Shown here piece after piece: positions 19,655-29,686 of a stretch of DNA of 64,000 bases. A program made the position numbers and the translations under genes. Origin of the DNA: Verrucomicrobiales bacterium (GTDB taxonomy: Bacteria; Verrucomicrobiota; Verrucomicrobiia; Verrucomicrobiales; V1-33); assembly GCA_031411295.1 (NCBI GenBank), contig JANOAV010000037.1, positions 63,976 to 127,975 on the forward strand, given 5' to 3'. The first letter of the stretch is position 1. Each line of letters starts with the position of its first letter. The notes under the pieces were generated by a model. It had not been told where the DNA came from, ran no database searches, and saw only the letters and a program-made list of their open reading frames with translations.

Positions 19655-21049
19655 ATGAAACTTACTTTTTGCGGCGCAGCCGGCACGACCACGGGATCCC
19701 AGCATTTATTGGAAATTAATGGCCAGCGAATTTTGCTGGACTGTGGCCTGTATCAAGGCCGTCGCCAGGAATCGCTGGAGCGGAATCGCCATTTCCCGTT
19801 TGATCCCTCGAAGTTGGATGCGGTCATCCTCAGCCATGCGCACATTGACCATAGCGGCAATTTACCCAATCTGGTGAAGCAGGGGTTCAAGGGCAATATT
19901 TATTGCACCGATGCCACACGCGATCTCTGTCAGATCATGCTCGAGGATTCCGCTCACATTCAGGAGAGCGATGCTTCCTGGCTCACCCGCCACCATAAGG
20001 CCAACGCGGAACCGCTTTACACCCCGATGGATGCGGAAAAATGTCTGCGATTATTCGTCACCTTCGGTTACGAGCGCACGATGTATATTGCCGAGGGTGT
20101 GAAAGCGACTTTTATTGACGCGGGGCACATTTTGGGTTCCGCCCAGGTTATTCTGGACCTCAAAGATCAGGCGTCGGGGCAAACTAAACGCCTGTTGTTT
20201 TCAGGTGATGTAGGTCGGGGCAACAACGAGTTGCTCCAGGATCCTGCGAATGCAGAAAATATCGATTTGGTGTTGATGGAATCAACCTACGGCGGTCGGG
20301 AACATGAGGCGACCCAGGGGGCGCATGAACAGTTGAGTGCGATCCTGCGACACGCGCTGAAAGGGCGGGGGAAGATTATCATCCCGTGCTTTGCCGTTGA
20401 GCGCACGCAGCAAATCTTGGTGGTGCTGCATCGACTCTTCCAGGACCATCAGATCCCCGATGTGCCCGTGGTGGTGGACAGCCCGCTGGCCGTGAGTGCC
20501 ACGGAAATTTTCCGCCTCCATCCTGAGTGCTACAACACAGAGGTTTACGAAGATCTATTCAATAAGGAAAATCCTTTCGGTTTCGAAGGGCTAACGCTGG
20601 TGCGCGCGGCCACGGAGTCCAAGAAGATCAACGATAAGCACGGTCCCATGATTATCATTGCGGCCAGTGGCATGTGCGAAGCCGGGCGCGTGGTGCATCA
20701 CCTAAAATATAATCTCTCCAAGCCGGAAACCACCGTCCTGTTCGTCGGGTATTGTGCCGAAAACACGCTGGGGGCTAAGATTCGGGCGGGGGACAAAGTG
20801 GTTAACATTCACGGAGAACCCATTAAAGTCCGGGCACAGATTGAGGGGCTGGACTCGTTCTCAGGGCACGCCGACCATAGCGAGTTGATGGACTATTTCG
20901 CTCGCATGGGTGGGAAAAAGGAAAAGGTCTGGCTTGTGCATGGAGAAACGTCCCGCAGCCAGGCTTTTCAAGCGGCCCTGCAGGAAAAATACCCTGACAA
21001 ACAGATCGCCTGTGGAGTGCTGGGGCAGACGGTGGATCTGCTAGCGTAA
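19655..21049 (+). CDS. MBL-fold beta-CASP ribonuclease
   Basis: LLDCG, SHAHIDHSG, AGHILGS, FSGD, MESTYG, FSGHAD, VHGE. Confidence 0.93.
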   Translation: MKLTFCGAAGTTTGSQHLLEINGQRILLDCGLYQGRRQESLERNRHFPFDPSKLDAVILSHAHIDHSGNLPNLVKQGFKGNIYCTDATRDLCQIMLEDSAHIQESDASWLTRHHKANAEPLYTPMDAEKCLRLFVTFGYERTMYIAEGVKATFIDAGHILGSAQVILDLKDQASGQTKRLLFSGDVGRGNNELLQDPANAENIDLVLMESTYGGREHEATQGAHEQLSAILRHALKGRGKIIIPCFAVERTQQILVVLHRLFQDHQIPDVPVVVDSPLAVSATEIFRLHPECYNTEVYEDLFNKENPFGFEGLTLVRAATESKKINDKHGPMIIIAASGMCEAGRVVHHLKYNLSKPETTVLFVGYCAENTLGAKIRAGDKVVNIHGEPIKVRAQIEGLDSFSGHADHSELMDYFARMGGKKEKVWLVHGETSRSQAFQAALQEKYPDKQIACGVLGQTVDLLA

Positions 21050-21060
21050 CACGGTCCGGC

Positions 21061-22476
21061 CTATTCGATTCGTTGAATGGCGATCAGGGTGATATCGTCA
21101 CTCTGGGGGCATTCTTGGACGTGTTGTTTCACTGCGGCTTGGACTTGCTCCAGCACCGCTGCCGGTCCCAGCACGGCGGCCGCGCGGAAGCAGCTTTCGA
21201 GGCGGTCCAGGCCGAATTGATCGCCCTCCATGTCTTCGGCCTCGTTGACCCCATCGGTGTAGAGCAGCAGGCAATCGCCCGGCTCCATTTGAAATTCGAA
21301 ATCCCGCGTCACGCGGTCGAAGACATCGCCTGCATCGACACCCAGCGCCACTCCTGGTGGCTCCAAGCGGGAAATTTCTCTGGTGGCGCTGCGGTAAAGA
21401 AAGGGGGCATCGTGTCCGGCCCGGGACAGGATCACTTTGCCTGATTCTGCCTGTAACATCACGTAGGCCAGGCTGATAAACATATCCTGCTTCACGTCTT
21501 CAAAAATCATCCGATTCACCTTCGAAAGAGCCTGCGACGGGCTTTGCAGGCCCCCGGCCAATCCGCGGAGCAGTCCGCGGCAGGTCGTCATTACCAGGGA
21601 GGCCGCAATGCCTTTGCCAGACACGTCCGCAATCACAATGCCCGTATGATCGGCATCGACGGGGATGAAATCATAGTAGTCACCACTGACAATCCGTGCG
21701 GCTGCGTTGGTCGCGCGGATGGAGAAATTACGTAATTTGGGGGCAACGTCGGGGAGGAGCAACTTCTGCACTTCACTGGCAGCATGGAGTTCCCCCTCCA
21801 AGCGACGCTTTTCCATCGCTTCTTCCTGTAGTTTAGCGTTACCCAGGGCGAAGGCTGACTGCTCTGCCACGCCCAGGAAGATCTCGAAGGCATGCTCAGG
21901 GAATGCTCCCATACTGGCGAAGTTGGCCGCCACCAAAATCCCCAATCGTTTGGAGCCGTAATTTAAAGGAGCTACCATGACTGGGGTTAGGGACTGTTCT
22001 TCGGTAAAGCCAGCAGAGAGTATCTCCTGGGCATCCAAACGGCTCAGGTGCAGCGCGGATTGTTGCACAAAACAGGAACCAAGGACCGGGCTGTCCAGCC
22101 CGATGGCCTGTAATTTTAGATAGCTGGTGCGAGCGGGATTCACCGCCATTAAATCCGTTCTGAGTTCCTCCGGCAGGGCAATCAACGGAGGGCAGAGCCG
22201 TGTGAGGACTTCGGGGACCAAGCGTGTGCCCGTTTTATCAATCAAATAAATGGCCGCCCCTGCCGCCTGGACCACCTTGGCGACGCCATCGACAATTAAT
22301 TCTGGAACGCGGCGCGTGCCCCGGTCTGCGGACACCATTTCCGCCAATTCGTGAAGGTAGGAAAAGACGCGGGATTCCTCCGCTTGGAGCGAAGCAATAG
22401 CTTGTTCCAGAGCTGCCACGTGAGGGCCACCTTGAGTCGAGGATCCCTCGGCCACCGCATTTATCTCACCGCTCAT
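21061..22476 (-). CDS. GAF plus SpoIIE/PP2C phosphatase (RsbU-like)
   Basis: SGDYYD, IADVSGKG, RAGH, YTDGVNEA, SDDITL. Confidence 0.92.
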   Translation of the reverse strand: MSGEINAVAEGSSTQGGPHVAALEQAIASLQAEESRVFSYLHELAEMVSADRGTRRVPELIVDGVAKVVQAAGAAIYLIDKTGTRLVPEVLTRLCPPLIALPEELRTDLMAVNPARTSYLKLQAIGLDSPVLGSCFVQQSALHLSRLDAQEILSAGFTEEQSLTPVMVAPLNYGSKRLGILVAANFASMGAFPEHAFEIFLGVAEQSAFALGNAKLQEEAMEKRRLEGELHAASEVQKLLLPDVAPKLRNFSIRATNAAARIVSGDYYDFIPVDADHTGIVIADVSGKGIAASLVMTTCRGLLRGLAGGLQSPSQALSKVNRMIFEDVKQDMFISLAYVMLQAESGKVILSRAGHDAPFLYRSATREISRLEPPGVALGVDAGDVFDRVTRDFEFQMEPGDCLLLYTDGVNEAEDMEGDQFGLDRLESCFRAAAVLGPAAVLEQVQAAVKQHVQECPQSDDITLIAIQRIE

Positions 22477-22495
22477 CAGGTTCTGGGTTGAGGTC

Positions 22496-23053
22496 TCACT
22501 GTTGCAGTTGCACCAGTTTTTGTTCCATCAACTCGACGACATGTTGGAACTTTTCCTTATTTTCTTTCCCTGCTTCGCAGAGCTTGGTGTGAGCTTCGAG
22601 GCAGTGTTCAGTGAGTTCCTTCTTGCTGAGGTCCAAGTGCTCCAACTCCTCATCATAGACCACATCAGAACGTGTCGGGCCGGTGCCCTCGGCACAACCA
22701 CAGCCTTTGGTTGGCTGGGCGAAGGGGCCATCATCCTCACTGACGCTGCAGAAATAGTGAACGCCCAGTCCGCGAAGGAGTTGGGCGTTACGACCGCGGG
22801 CATTGATGACATGCAGGCAACCTTCGACCTCTTGTCGCACCTGTTGGGCCAAACCGATCAGCATGCCCATGAACGTTGAGTCCAAAGAGGTGCAATCAGC
22901 CAAGTCCACGACGAAACTTAGTTTGCCTCGGGCGATTTCGGGCTGGGCATAACGAGCCACATCAGCACTGTTCTCTCGCGAGCCAGCGCCCTCAACGTGG
23001 AACCACACCACGTCACCACAGTGACCGGGAATAATGGAATGCCTTGAATTCAC
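22496..23053 (-). CDS. STAS-domain anti-sigma-factor antagonist
   Basis: VVDLADCTSLDSTFMGML; directly upstream of the PP2C gene. Confidence 0.88.
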   Translation of the reverse strand: MNSRHSIIPGHCGDVVWFHVEGAGSRENSADVARYAQPEIARGKLSFVVDLADCTSLDSTFMGMLIGLAQQVRQEVEGCLHVINARGRNAQLLRGLGVHYFCSVSEDDGPFAQPTKGCGCAEGTGPTRSDVVYDEELEHLDLSKKELTEHCLEAHTKLCEAGKENKEKFQHVVELMEQKLVQLQQ

Positions 23054-23164
23054 AACAATGTTTGTTCGGGGAACTGTCGAAAATGTAACCCAGATTAGTC
23101 TCCGGTCAACTCAGCTCCTGCGGAATCTTCCACCTTGGTTGCTGTCGCACTTCCCCTCATGTTT

Positions 23165-23455
23165 TTACATCGAACGCTCGTAGTCAATGATGCGACCGAG
23201 CGCTTCGTAGAACTCCAGTAAAGTTTCCGCCGGCACCATGATGGTGTCCCGGCGGCCCCGCACGTCTTCGGTGATTTTCAGCACTCGGCCACGGTTATTC
23301 TCCTTGAGATCAAGGAAGAAAACTTTGCGGTCGGTCACGATCTTCTCTGTAATCAGAGGGGGATCCGCCTGCGGGCGTGGTGGACGGTCATCGTAAGCCC
23401 CTTCGCTGTAGCGATCATTGTAGGGGCGGTCATCATACTGGTTATCGTAAGCCAT
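23165..23455 (-). CDS. PUR-domain (DUF3276/PurA-like) ssDNA/RNA-binding protein
   Basis: RKVFFLDLKENNRGRVLKITEDVRGRRDTIMVP is a single PUR repeat. Confidence 0.85.
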   Translation of the reverse strand: MAYDNQYDDRPYNDRYSEGAYDDRPPRPQADPPLITEKIVTDRKVFFLDLKENNRGRVLKITEDVRGRRDTIMVPAETLLEFYEALGRIIDYERSM

Positions 23456-23569
23456 CGTTGCGCGGTCCTTTCTCTCCTTCAGTCCTCTAGCGGATCAGGT
23501 TCGTCTGGTTTGATTTTTTGATGCAGTAGGTAATAGAAACGGCAGACATTCGCGTCCACCTTCAGCCCC

Positions 23570-23597
23570 ATACTAATGAACTCTCACGGATTGTCCA
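23570..23597 (-). promoter_or_regulatory. putative promoter of the PUR gene
   Basis: TGGACA-16-TAGTAT. Confidence 0.5.
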
Positions 23598-23701
23598 GAG
23601 CGGAATCGTTGGAAATCTGCGGATTTTCTTAAAATTGAACGTTGGGTTTCGCTAATGATGGTGACCTCGACGAGCGTGATGGCAGAACGGCCTGCTTAGA
23701 T

Positions 23702-24120
23702 TTACTTGGCGCTGCGTTGCTGCTTCAGCCATGCGGCCAACTGTGGCACGTCCTTGGCATCAAAAACTTGATCGTCCAATTGCTCCAGCTGGAAATAGTT
23801 CATTCGCTCAATTTTCTTAATCAGCGAGGCAGGCAATCCGCCAAACCTCTTGGAGAGCAGTTTAATCAAGGTCTGCGCCTTGCCTTCAGCCTTGCCCTCG
23901 GCCTTGCCCTGAACCGCTCCCAAGGCGATGAGTTCTTTGCCAGCACGAGTTTTGGTAAATGTCGAGCGATGTGATCATGTCAGTAATTTCTTGGATGGAC
24001 TTGTGCTTTAAGCGGGTGACGAGCAGGCTGGTGTAGATCGTTTGCAGGGCCTGGCATTCCGCCCGGTCACGGCCTTCTAAGTTGCCCAACGATGCATACA
24101 CTGCAGGGGCGGATTTGCCA
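23702..24120 (-). pseudogene. truncated, frameshifted Rpn-type (DUF2887/DUF4351) gene remnant
   Basis: ...IQEITDMITSLDI in one frame continues as TKTRAGKELIALGAVQGKAEGKAEGKAQTLIKLLSKRFGGLP...QLEQL...LAAWL after one extra T near 23957-23959; 5' limit approximate. Confidence 0.75.
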
Positions 24121-24125
24121 AGCCC

Positions 24126-24154
24126 TTTGCGTTCCTTGCGTTCTTTTGCGGCTA
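24126..24154 (+). repeat. tttgcgttccttgcgttcttttgcggcta repeat arm
   Basis: 26/29 identical to 63682-63710. Confidence 0.75.
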
Positions 24155-24231
24155 TTATTCTTAGCCGGAAAGGGCAGGTCCGTGAAAGCGCGCTTGCCAT
24201 CATTCGTTGATCCTGATTCACTGCGCGAATT

Positions 24232-25584
24232 ATGAAACGACGCCCATTTCTCGAATCGACGACTGCCGCCCTGACGCTTGCCTCCAGTTTGACTGGTGCT
24301 GAGCCGCTGGATTTCTCCACCATGAAAAAGCGCGTAGGGCTCATTGGCACCGGGTGGTATGGGAAGGCGGATTTGCTGCGGCTCATTCAAGTGGCTCCGG
24401 TGGAGGTCGTGTGCCTCTGTGATGTGGATGCCAACATGTTAAGTGCGGCGGCGGATTTGGTGGCCGAGCGTCAACTCAGCAAACAACGGCCGAAGTTGTA
24501 TGCCGACTACCGCAAGATGCTCGCGGAAAACAAGTTGGATATCGTCCTCATTGGCACCCCGGACCACTGGCATGCGCTGTGCATGATCGAAGCGGTCAAG
24601 GCCGGGGCGGATGTCTATGTGCAGAAGCCCACTGGGGTGGACGTGATTGAAAGCCAGGCGATGTTGGCGGCTGCGCGGAAATATAATCGCGTGGTGCAAG
24701 TGGGCACCCAACGTCGCAGCACCCCGCATCTGATTGAGGCGCGGGAATCCATTGTGAAGGAGGGGAAACTGGGGACGGTGGGGATGGTGGAAATTTGTTG
24801 TTACTACCACATGCGGAGCCGGGACAATGCGCCGGAGGCGGAAGTGCCGACTGGGTTTGACTACGATTTCTGGACCGGGCCGGCTCCTTTGCGCCCCTAT
24901 TGCAAGACGGTGCATCCCCGCAGTTGGCGGGCATTTATGGAATACGGGAACGGTATCGTGGGAGACATGTGCGTGCACATGCTGGATCTGACGCGGTGGA
25001 TGCTGGATCTGGGCTGGCCCACCAGCATTAGTTCGGTGGGCGGCATCCTGGTGGATAAACAAAGCAAAGCTAACATCACGGACACGCAGAGTGCGACGTT
25101 TGATTACGGGGGGCTGAAGGTAGTCTGGACCCACCGCAGTTATGGCGAAGCGCCCGATCCCAAGTATCCCTGGGCGGCCACGTTCTATGGCGACAAGGGG
25201 ACGCTCAAAGCCAGCGTCAATAGTTATGACTTCACCCCCCAAGGCAAGGGGGACGCGATTCACAAAGATTGTGTGATGGAACTAGAGCAATATCCGGAGG
25301 ACAAGACCGAGAAGGATCTGGAAAAGCATGTGGCCCCAGCCATTCGCGGACACATGAAGGACTTCCTAACAGCCATTGCCAACCGTTCCAAACCGGTGGC
25401 CGACATCGAACAGGGGCATATATCCAGTGCCTCGTGTATCCTGGCAAACGTAGCCATGAAGCTGGGCCGCACCTTGCATTGGGACGCTGAAAAGCAGGAA
25501 GTGAAAGATGATGCCGAAGCGAATCAGCAGCTCCGTCGTCCCTACCGTGGGCCTTGGGTGCATCCAGAGCCAGGCAGGGTGTAG
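24232..25584 (+). CDS. Tat-exported Gfo/Idh/MocA oxidoreductase
   Basis: MKRRPFLE twin-arginine signal, GLIGTGWYG, TPDHWH, VYVQKP, QVGTQRRS. Confidence 0.92.
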   Translation: MKRRPFLESTTAALTLASSLTGAEPLDFSTMKKRVGLIGTGWYGKADLLRLIQVAPVEVVCLCDVDANMLSAAADLVAERQLSKQRPKLYADYRKMLAENKLDIVLIGTPDHWHALCMIEAVKAGADVYVQKPTGVDVIESQAMLAAARKYNRVVQVGTQRRSTPHLIEARESIVKEGKLGTVGMVEICCYYHMRSRDNAPEAEVPTGFDYDFWTGPAPLRPYCKTVHPRSWRAFMEYGNGIVGDMCVHMLDLTRWMLDLGWPTSISSVGGILVDKQSKANITDTQSATFDYGGLKVVWTHRSYGEAPDPKYPWAATFYGDKGTLKASVNSYDFTPQGKGDAIHKDCVMELEQYPEDKTEKDLEKHVAPAIRGHMKDFLTAIANRSKPVADIEQGHISSASCILANVAMKLGRTLHWDAEKQEVKDDAEANQQLRRPYRGPWVHPEPGRV

Positions 25585-25586
25585 GC

Positions 25587-26594
25587 TTAGAGTCGGATGA
25601 CGACATGCTTCATCAGCTTCCTTTTCCAAGTATAGGTCGCATGAATTAGCCCGTCTGCGGTCTGGATGATGGCCGGGTAGCTGAATTCCTGGTTTGGTTC
25701 ACTTTCCAGTGCGAGCACGGATTCCCACTTCTGGCCGTCCTGGCTGATCGCCAAATTCAGGGGGCTGCGGCCTTTGGTGGTGTGGTTGTAGATTAACAGG
25801 TGCCGGCCATCTTTGAGGGTTACGGCATCGGTCCCGGAGTTAGGATTGGGTAAATCCAGCAGCGTGAGCGCACGCCAAGTTTTCCCCTGATCTGAAGAGA
25901 GGGTGCTGAAAAGTTTACCCGCTCTGGTCCGCCCCACGGCCTGCAACCTGCCATCTGCTAGGGAGAGAATGCTGGGCTGGATGGCCGCAGGAGTGGTTGC
26001 GGTTACCGGAACAGAAATCATCTCCCAAGTCTTGCCGAGGTCCGGGCTGCGCTCGAAATGAATTTGCCAGGGGGGACCAGTCGTGAAATCTTCCGCACTG
26101 CTGCCGCAGAGCAGGGAGCCATCTGCGAGCTGCACGGGCTTGTTCTTGATTGGGCCCGCAAAGCGATCGGGCAATCGAGTCGGTTCACTCCAGGTCTGGC
26201 CCGCGTCATCGCTCCGCCGCACCATTCCCCACCAAGTGCTGGGAGAAGGGCCTACTTTGTAAAACAACATGAGTGGGCCCTCGCGCGGCTGAAACAAGAC
26301 TGGGTTCCAGCAGGGCAGACGTTTCCCGTCTGGCTGCACGCCGGTGGCCACTTCCACCGGCGGAGACCATTTGCCATTCACGAAACGGGCGCTCCATATG
26401 CCCACGTCAGGATGCTTCTCGGCGGTGCCGGCAAACCAAGCGGATACTAGCGTGTGATCTTTGGTTTCCACGATGGTCGAGGCGTGACAACTAGGCACGG
26501 GATTGGTCGCGAAGATGAATTCCGATTGCACGATTCTGGGTGTTTCCGCATCGGCTAGGGAGAGCATCAGGAGGAGGGGAAGCAGGGCGCGCAT
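25587..26594 (-). CDS. secreted BNR-repeat sialidase-like protein
   Basis: Signal peptide, CHASTIVE, Asp boxes SDDAGQTW / SPDLGKTW / SSDQGKTW / SQDGQKW, FSYP. Confidence 0.88.
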   Translation of the reverse strand: MRALLPLLLMLSLADAETPRIVQSEFIFATNPVPSCHASTIVETKDHTLVSAWFAGTAEKHPDVGIWSARFVNGKWSPPVEVATGVQPDGKRLPCWNPVLFQPREGPLMLFYKVGPSPSTWWGMVRRSDDAGQTWSEPTRLPDRFAGPIKNKPVQLADGSLLCGSSAEDFTTGPPWQIHFERSPDLGKTWEMISVPVTATTPAAIQPSILSLADGRLQAVGRTRAGKLFSTLSSDQGKTWRALTLLDLPNPNSGTDAVTLKDGRHLLIYNHTTKGRSPLNLAISQDGQKWESVLALESEPNQEFSYPAIIQTADGLIHATYTWKRKLMKHVVIRL

Positions 26595-26838
26595 GGGTTT
26601 TGGGGGCAAGGGTTTGGCGCAACATTAATTGCCGACCCGAGGAATGATCCATTAAGAAAGCTAGCTTTCCGCATCTGCGGCCTGCGGCAGCACGCTGCCT
26701 CCCGTCATGCCAAATCCGCCGTGTTTGGGGCTCGGCACCCATAGTTTAGGTATTGCCAAGCAAGAAGATTTCTGCTGCGATGACTTCTCTGGGCTCCAAT
26801 TAATGGAATGGAAGCTTCTGAAACAAACTTTTGTTGCT

Positions 26839-29634
26839 ATGAAACCGTTTAATCTACTTACCCTTGTAATGCCCGTTCTGGTCGTGGTTGCCGACGTTCC
26901 GGCTGCTCCCGTGGCGAACGCGGATTCCTACTCCTTGAATGAAGATGCTCCGCTGTCGGTCGCAGCTCCCGGAGTGCTGGCCAATGATGCACTGGGCGGA
27001 ACTACGGTCATCACTGCAGCCAAACTCACGGATCCAGCGCACGGCAGCGTGTTTGTGAACAGCGATGGCTCGTTTGTTTACACTCCGGTGGCCAACTATA
27101 ATGGACCGGATTCATTTACCTACAAAGCAGTGGAGGGGCAGGGGCCGATCACGTTCACGGTGGATCAACCGAACTCGGTGATGACGGTGCGGGTGGACTC
27201 ACAAACCTTTATTACCGCAGGCACCACGGATAGTAAAACCACGACCGCGCAAGTTCATGGCACGGTCTCAGCGCTCGTGAATCCCAGTGCCGCTCCCTTC
27301 TCCACGATTCAAGTGCAGTCCATGGATGTGAAGTTGGCCCAGGCGGTGTCGTTAACGTTGTGCGTGCAGCGCATCTTATTCTGCACCGCCACCATCACCG
27401 CGCAGATTGCGGTGGATGGCTTGCAAATTGCGATGACTCCCACTCAGGCCGGTCCGGCGGTGGCGGTTAGTGGCACAGGGGCTTATACGCAGGTGGGAAA
27501 TCTGGTCGATACCACGGGCACGGTGAACCTCACTGGCAACGGGTTGGCAGGTCTGATAACGATTCCTCCCACGGCAGATCTCAACTCCACCAATCAGCCC
27601 TATGATTTTACCAACGGCTCCATTACCCAGTCTGGGAATACGCTGAATCTGGCAGTGCCGATTGACCTCACGCAGTCATTTGCTGAGAGCGGGGATTTGG
27701 CCAATCCTGGCAGCTATCGGATTACCGTAAGGGTTACCGGCACTGTCCGCGCCACGGCTCCGGTGCCCACCTTTGCCGAGTCTGGCCCGGCCACGGTCTC
27801 ACTCCAAGTGGCACCAGTGGACGATGTTCCGACGGCGGTGGCAGATCGTTATTATACGCGGCAAAATTTCACCGTGGCGGTCCCTGCCACTGCGGCTCAG
27901 ACCACCGAAACGCTCATCCCGGCGTTGAGCACTTGGAAATATCGCACGGGGCTGGATTTGGGGACTGGTTGGAGAAATGCGGAGTATAATGATAGCGCGT
28001 GGCTCTCGGTTTCCGGCCTCAAGGGCTATGGGGATGTGGATATCCTAGCTGGTGGCATCGTCACTTCCCGTCCTGATCCCGCCGCCGCAGCTAACACGAC
28101 CACGAATCAAAATTACCCCACGTGCTATTTCCGAAAAGAGGTGACGCTGGGAGCGCCTTATGACACCATCCAGCCGAAGCTAACGGTGCAGCGAGATGAT
28201 GCTGCCATGGTTTGGGTGAATGGAGTCGAAGTCTATCGGGATTCCACAAAGTATGTGGCAGCGGATGCCAACGCGCCCTTGCCGGTTAGTGGGGAGGTGG
28301 CCTATGCCACGTATGCCGCCGAGACCATCCCCAATGCCAGTGAGACGGAGTATAAGGAAATCACCTTCAGCCGCAGCGTCCTGCGGGAGGGGAAAAACGT
28401 CATCGCAGTAGCCATCAAACAAGCGTCCAATACCAGCTCGGACTTGCGCTTTGATGCCACGTTCAGCCGCACCCGTGGGGTGCAAGGATTGACCGCCAAC
28501 GACACCGATCTGGAAAATGACCCGATTACCGCCGAGTTGGTGGCGGCACCGGTCAGTGATGGTTTCGTGGCCTTGAATCCGAATGGATCTTTCAATTACA
28601 CCCCCGGCTTGGGCTTCACGGGCACGGATTCTTTTGTTTATCGACTGCGTCAGAACGGGCAAATAGTAACGACCTCAAGCGAGGTTATTGCCATGGGGGC
28701 ATCCTGGAAATATCTGGACCCCACGGCAGATCAGACGGGGAATGGTTGGCAAACGGCGGCCTTTACCGAAACCGGTTGGCTGCAAGGGCCTGCTCCCTTG
28801 GGCTTCGGCACGGGTGGAAACTATCCGGAAATTGCCACGACTGGCACCACCCTAACCTGGGGGGCCGATGCTAATGCCAAACCGATCACTTATTATTTCC
28901 GGAAAAAATTTACGCTACCGACGACCAAGGCGTTGATTACCGAACTCAAGGCTCAAATCCGCCGGGACGATGGCATCGCGCTTTGGTTAAATGGCGTGGA
29001 GGTCGCTCGGGACAACCTCCCGGGCACGGTGGGGGATGGTTCTATAAATTTCTCCACCACCGCTTCCAGTTCCCTCAACGCGCTCCCCACCGATCTCATC
29101 GAGCGGGTGCTGCCGCTCACAAACCTCCTTGAAGGTGAGAATATCTTGGCGGTGGAAGTTCACCAAGGGGCTCCCACGAGCAGCGATCTCGTGATGAATC
29201 TGCGCCTCCTCGCGACCTATGCGCCGGGGGCCAAAGTGGATGTGGTGGTGCAGGCGGATGATGCGGATGGAGATAAGATGTCCGACACTTGGGAACGCGC
29301 CAATGGATTCGATGTTGCGCTCAACGATGCGGCGGGGGATGCGGATGGAGATGGGCAATCGAATCGCAGCGAGTTCCTCGCAGGGACCAATCCGCGCTCG
29401 GTTGGCGAGGTGCTGCGAGCCAAGCAATTCACGAGCGCGGGGGGAAACCTAGCGCTGACGATCCCAACGGTGGCCGGGAAATTTTACCGGATTCAATGCT
29501 CCAATGACCTGCGCACATGGGCCGATTACGGAGCGAGTTTCAGTCCGGGAGCCAGTGTCGGATTCGTCCGCACGTTCGCACCTGCAGTCGGTTGTCGATT
29601 CTATCGGGTCATCGTCCTGGCGGATTGGGAATGA
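26839..29634 (+). CDS. large secreted protein: cadherin-like Ig (Big_9) domains, two beta-sandwich domains and a conserved C-terminal module
   Basis: PVANADSYSLNED...GVLAND...DGSFVYTP...DSFTY; two copies of WKY...YFRK...RDD...WxNGVE...SSDL; C-terminal DADGDG. Confidence 0.8.
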   Translation: MKPFNLLTLVMPVLVVVADVPAAPVANADSYSLNEDAPLSVAAPGVLANDALGGTTVITAAKLTDPAHGSVFVNSDGSFVYTPVANYNGPDSFTYKAVEGQGPITFTVDQPNSVMTVRVDSQTFITAGTTDSKTTTAQVHGTVSALVNPSAAPFSTIQVQSMDVKLAQAVSLTLCVQRILFCTATITAQIAVDGLQIAMTPTQAGPAVAVSGTGAYTQVGNLVDTTGTVNLTGNGLAGLITIPPTADLNSTNQPYDFTNGSITQSGNTLNLAVPIDLTQSFAESGDLANPGSYRITVRVTGTVRATAPVPTFAESGPATVSLQVAPVDDVPTAVADRYYTRQNFTVAVPATAAQTTETLIPALSTWKYRTGLDLGTGWRNAEYNDSAWLSVSGLKGYGDVDILAGGIVTSRPDPAAAANTTTNQNYPTCYFRKEVTLGAPYDTIQPKLTVQRDDAAMVWVNGVEVYRDSTKYVAADANAPLPVSGEVAYATYAAETIPNASETEYKEITFSRSVLREGKNVIAVAIKQASNTSSDLRFDATFSRTRGVQGLTANDTDLENDPITAELVAAPVSDGFVALNPNGSFNYTPGLGFTGTDSFVYRLRQNGQIVTTSSEVIAMGASWKYLDPTADQTGNGWQTAAFTETGWLQGPAPLGFGTGGNYPEIATTGTTLTWGADANAKPITYYFRKKFTLPTTKALITELKAQIRRDDGIALWLNGVEVARDNLPGTVGDGSINFSTTASSSLNALPTDLIERVLPLTNLLEGENILAVEVHQGAPTSSDLVMNLRLLATYAPGAKVDVVVQADDADGDKMSDTWERANGFDVALNDAAGDADGDGQSNRSEFLAGTNPRSVGEVLRAKQFTSAGGNLALTIPTVAGKFYRIQCSNDLRTWADYGASFSPGASVGFVRTFAPAVGCRFYRVIVLADWE

Positions 29635-29686
29635 GCGTGGCGGTCTGCGCAGTTGACGCCAACCTCATTTCCCCCAAGCTAGCTGG

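Noticed and set aside
23876..23910. Tandem gccttg/gccctc repeats
   Set aside because: They encode the GKAEGKAEG protein repeat; not CRISPR or VNTR.
24120..24386. N-terminal part of ORF 23886..24386(-)
   Set aside because: Antisense to the Gfo/Idh/MocA start and runs through a repeat; only the 3' part is Rpn-like.
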